NCBI RefSeq assembly: GCF_018350175.1
Contig: NC_058368.1
Span: forward strand, 164,178,001 to 164,242,000
Direction: 5' to 3'
Source of the DNA: Felis catus
Lineage: Eukaryota
DNA length: 64,000 nt
A program made the translations under genes and the position numbers. This document shows positions 63,676 to 64,000 of the stretch, one piece after another. The notes under the pieces were generated by a model. It worked only from the letters and a program-made list of their open reading frames with translations. It made no database searches and was not told the DNA's origin. Position 1 is the stretch's first letter. The number at the start of each line of letters is the position of its first letter.

Positions 63676-64000
63676 CCTAACCAAAAGAAAAAGAGGAAAT
63701 CAGCCAAACCGTAGAACAACTGAGAATGTCCTTAAATGTACTTAGCTCTTGATGGAGAGATTTAGGTTTGATATGAGGAAAATTTTCCTGACAGTGAGTT
63801 GTTAAAATAGGCTACCTCTTTGGCTTATAATATTTTCCTGCTGTTTCACATTTTATTATGTCAATGTCAATCTCTCATCAAAGTAGATGTGGAAGCTATA
63901 AAATAGAAATTGCCATAACTACCTCCAGTTATATGAAACATGGCCAGGCTTTGAGTAAACAGCCTTTGTTAGTGGTCGCTTTTTATCTGTAGCCTAAATA

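Noticed and set aside
1..64000. CRISPR array, operon or other prokaryotic-type system
   Set aside because: The sequence is mammalian; repeats are dispersed SINE/LINE copies and microsatellites with no repeat-spacer periodicity.

Overview
AT-rich mammalian genomic DNA, almost certainly from a cat (Felidae), judged by the abundant tRNA-derived Can-SINEs of the feline SINEC_Fc type and carnivore L1 ends. No intact protein-coding gene, RNA gene or CpG island is supported; the window looks intergenic or deep-intronic, and the supplied ORFs are nearly all repeat-derived or chance. Three decayed gene copies are recognisable by translation within about 25 kb: (1) an intron-containing 3' fragment of CCM2L (+, ~15.55-17.78 kb), (2) a 5'-truncated VPS4A retrocopy with poly(A) and a perfect 17-bp target-site duplication (TSD) (-, 26562-27691), and (3) an old processed dematin (DMTN) pseudogene of the short isoform (-, ~37.34-40.05 kb) later interrupted by a SINE and a Tigger-like MITE. 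A possible fourth, unidentified retro-fragment lies at ~33.68-33.96 kb. The rest is about 22 Can-SINEs, L1/L2/MIR/MaLR/ERVL/hAT fragments, microsatellites and several unique motif-rich stretches that may be conserved non-coding elements. I found no new biological system; the most unusual item is the unprocessed CCM2L fragment in an unrelated AT-rich setting. Protein identifications rest on recalled human sequences and need BLAST confirmation; repeat subfamily names and old-repeat boundaries are approximate.
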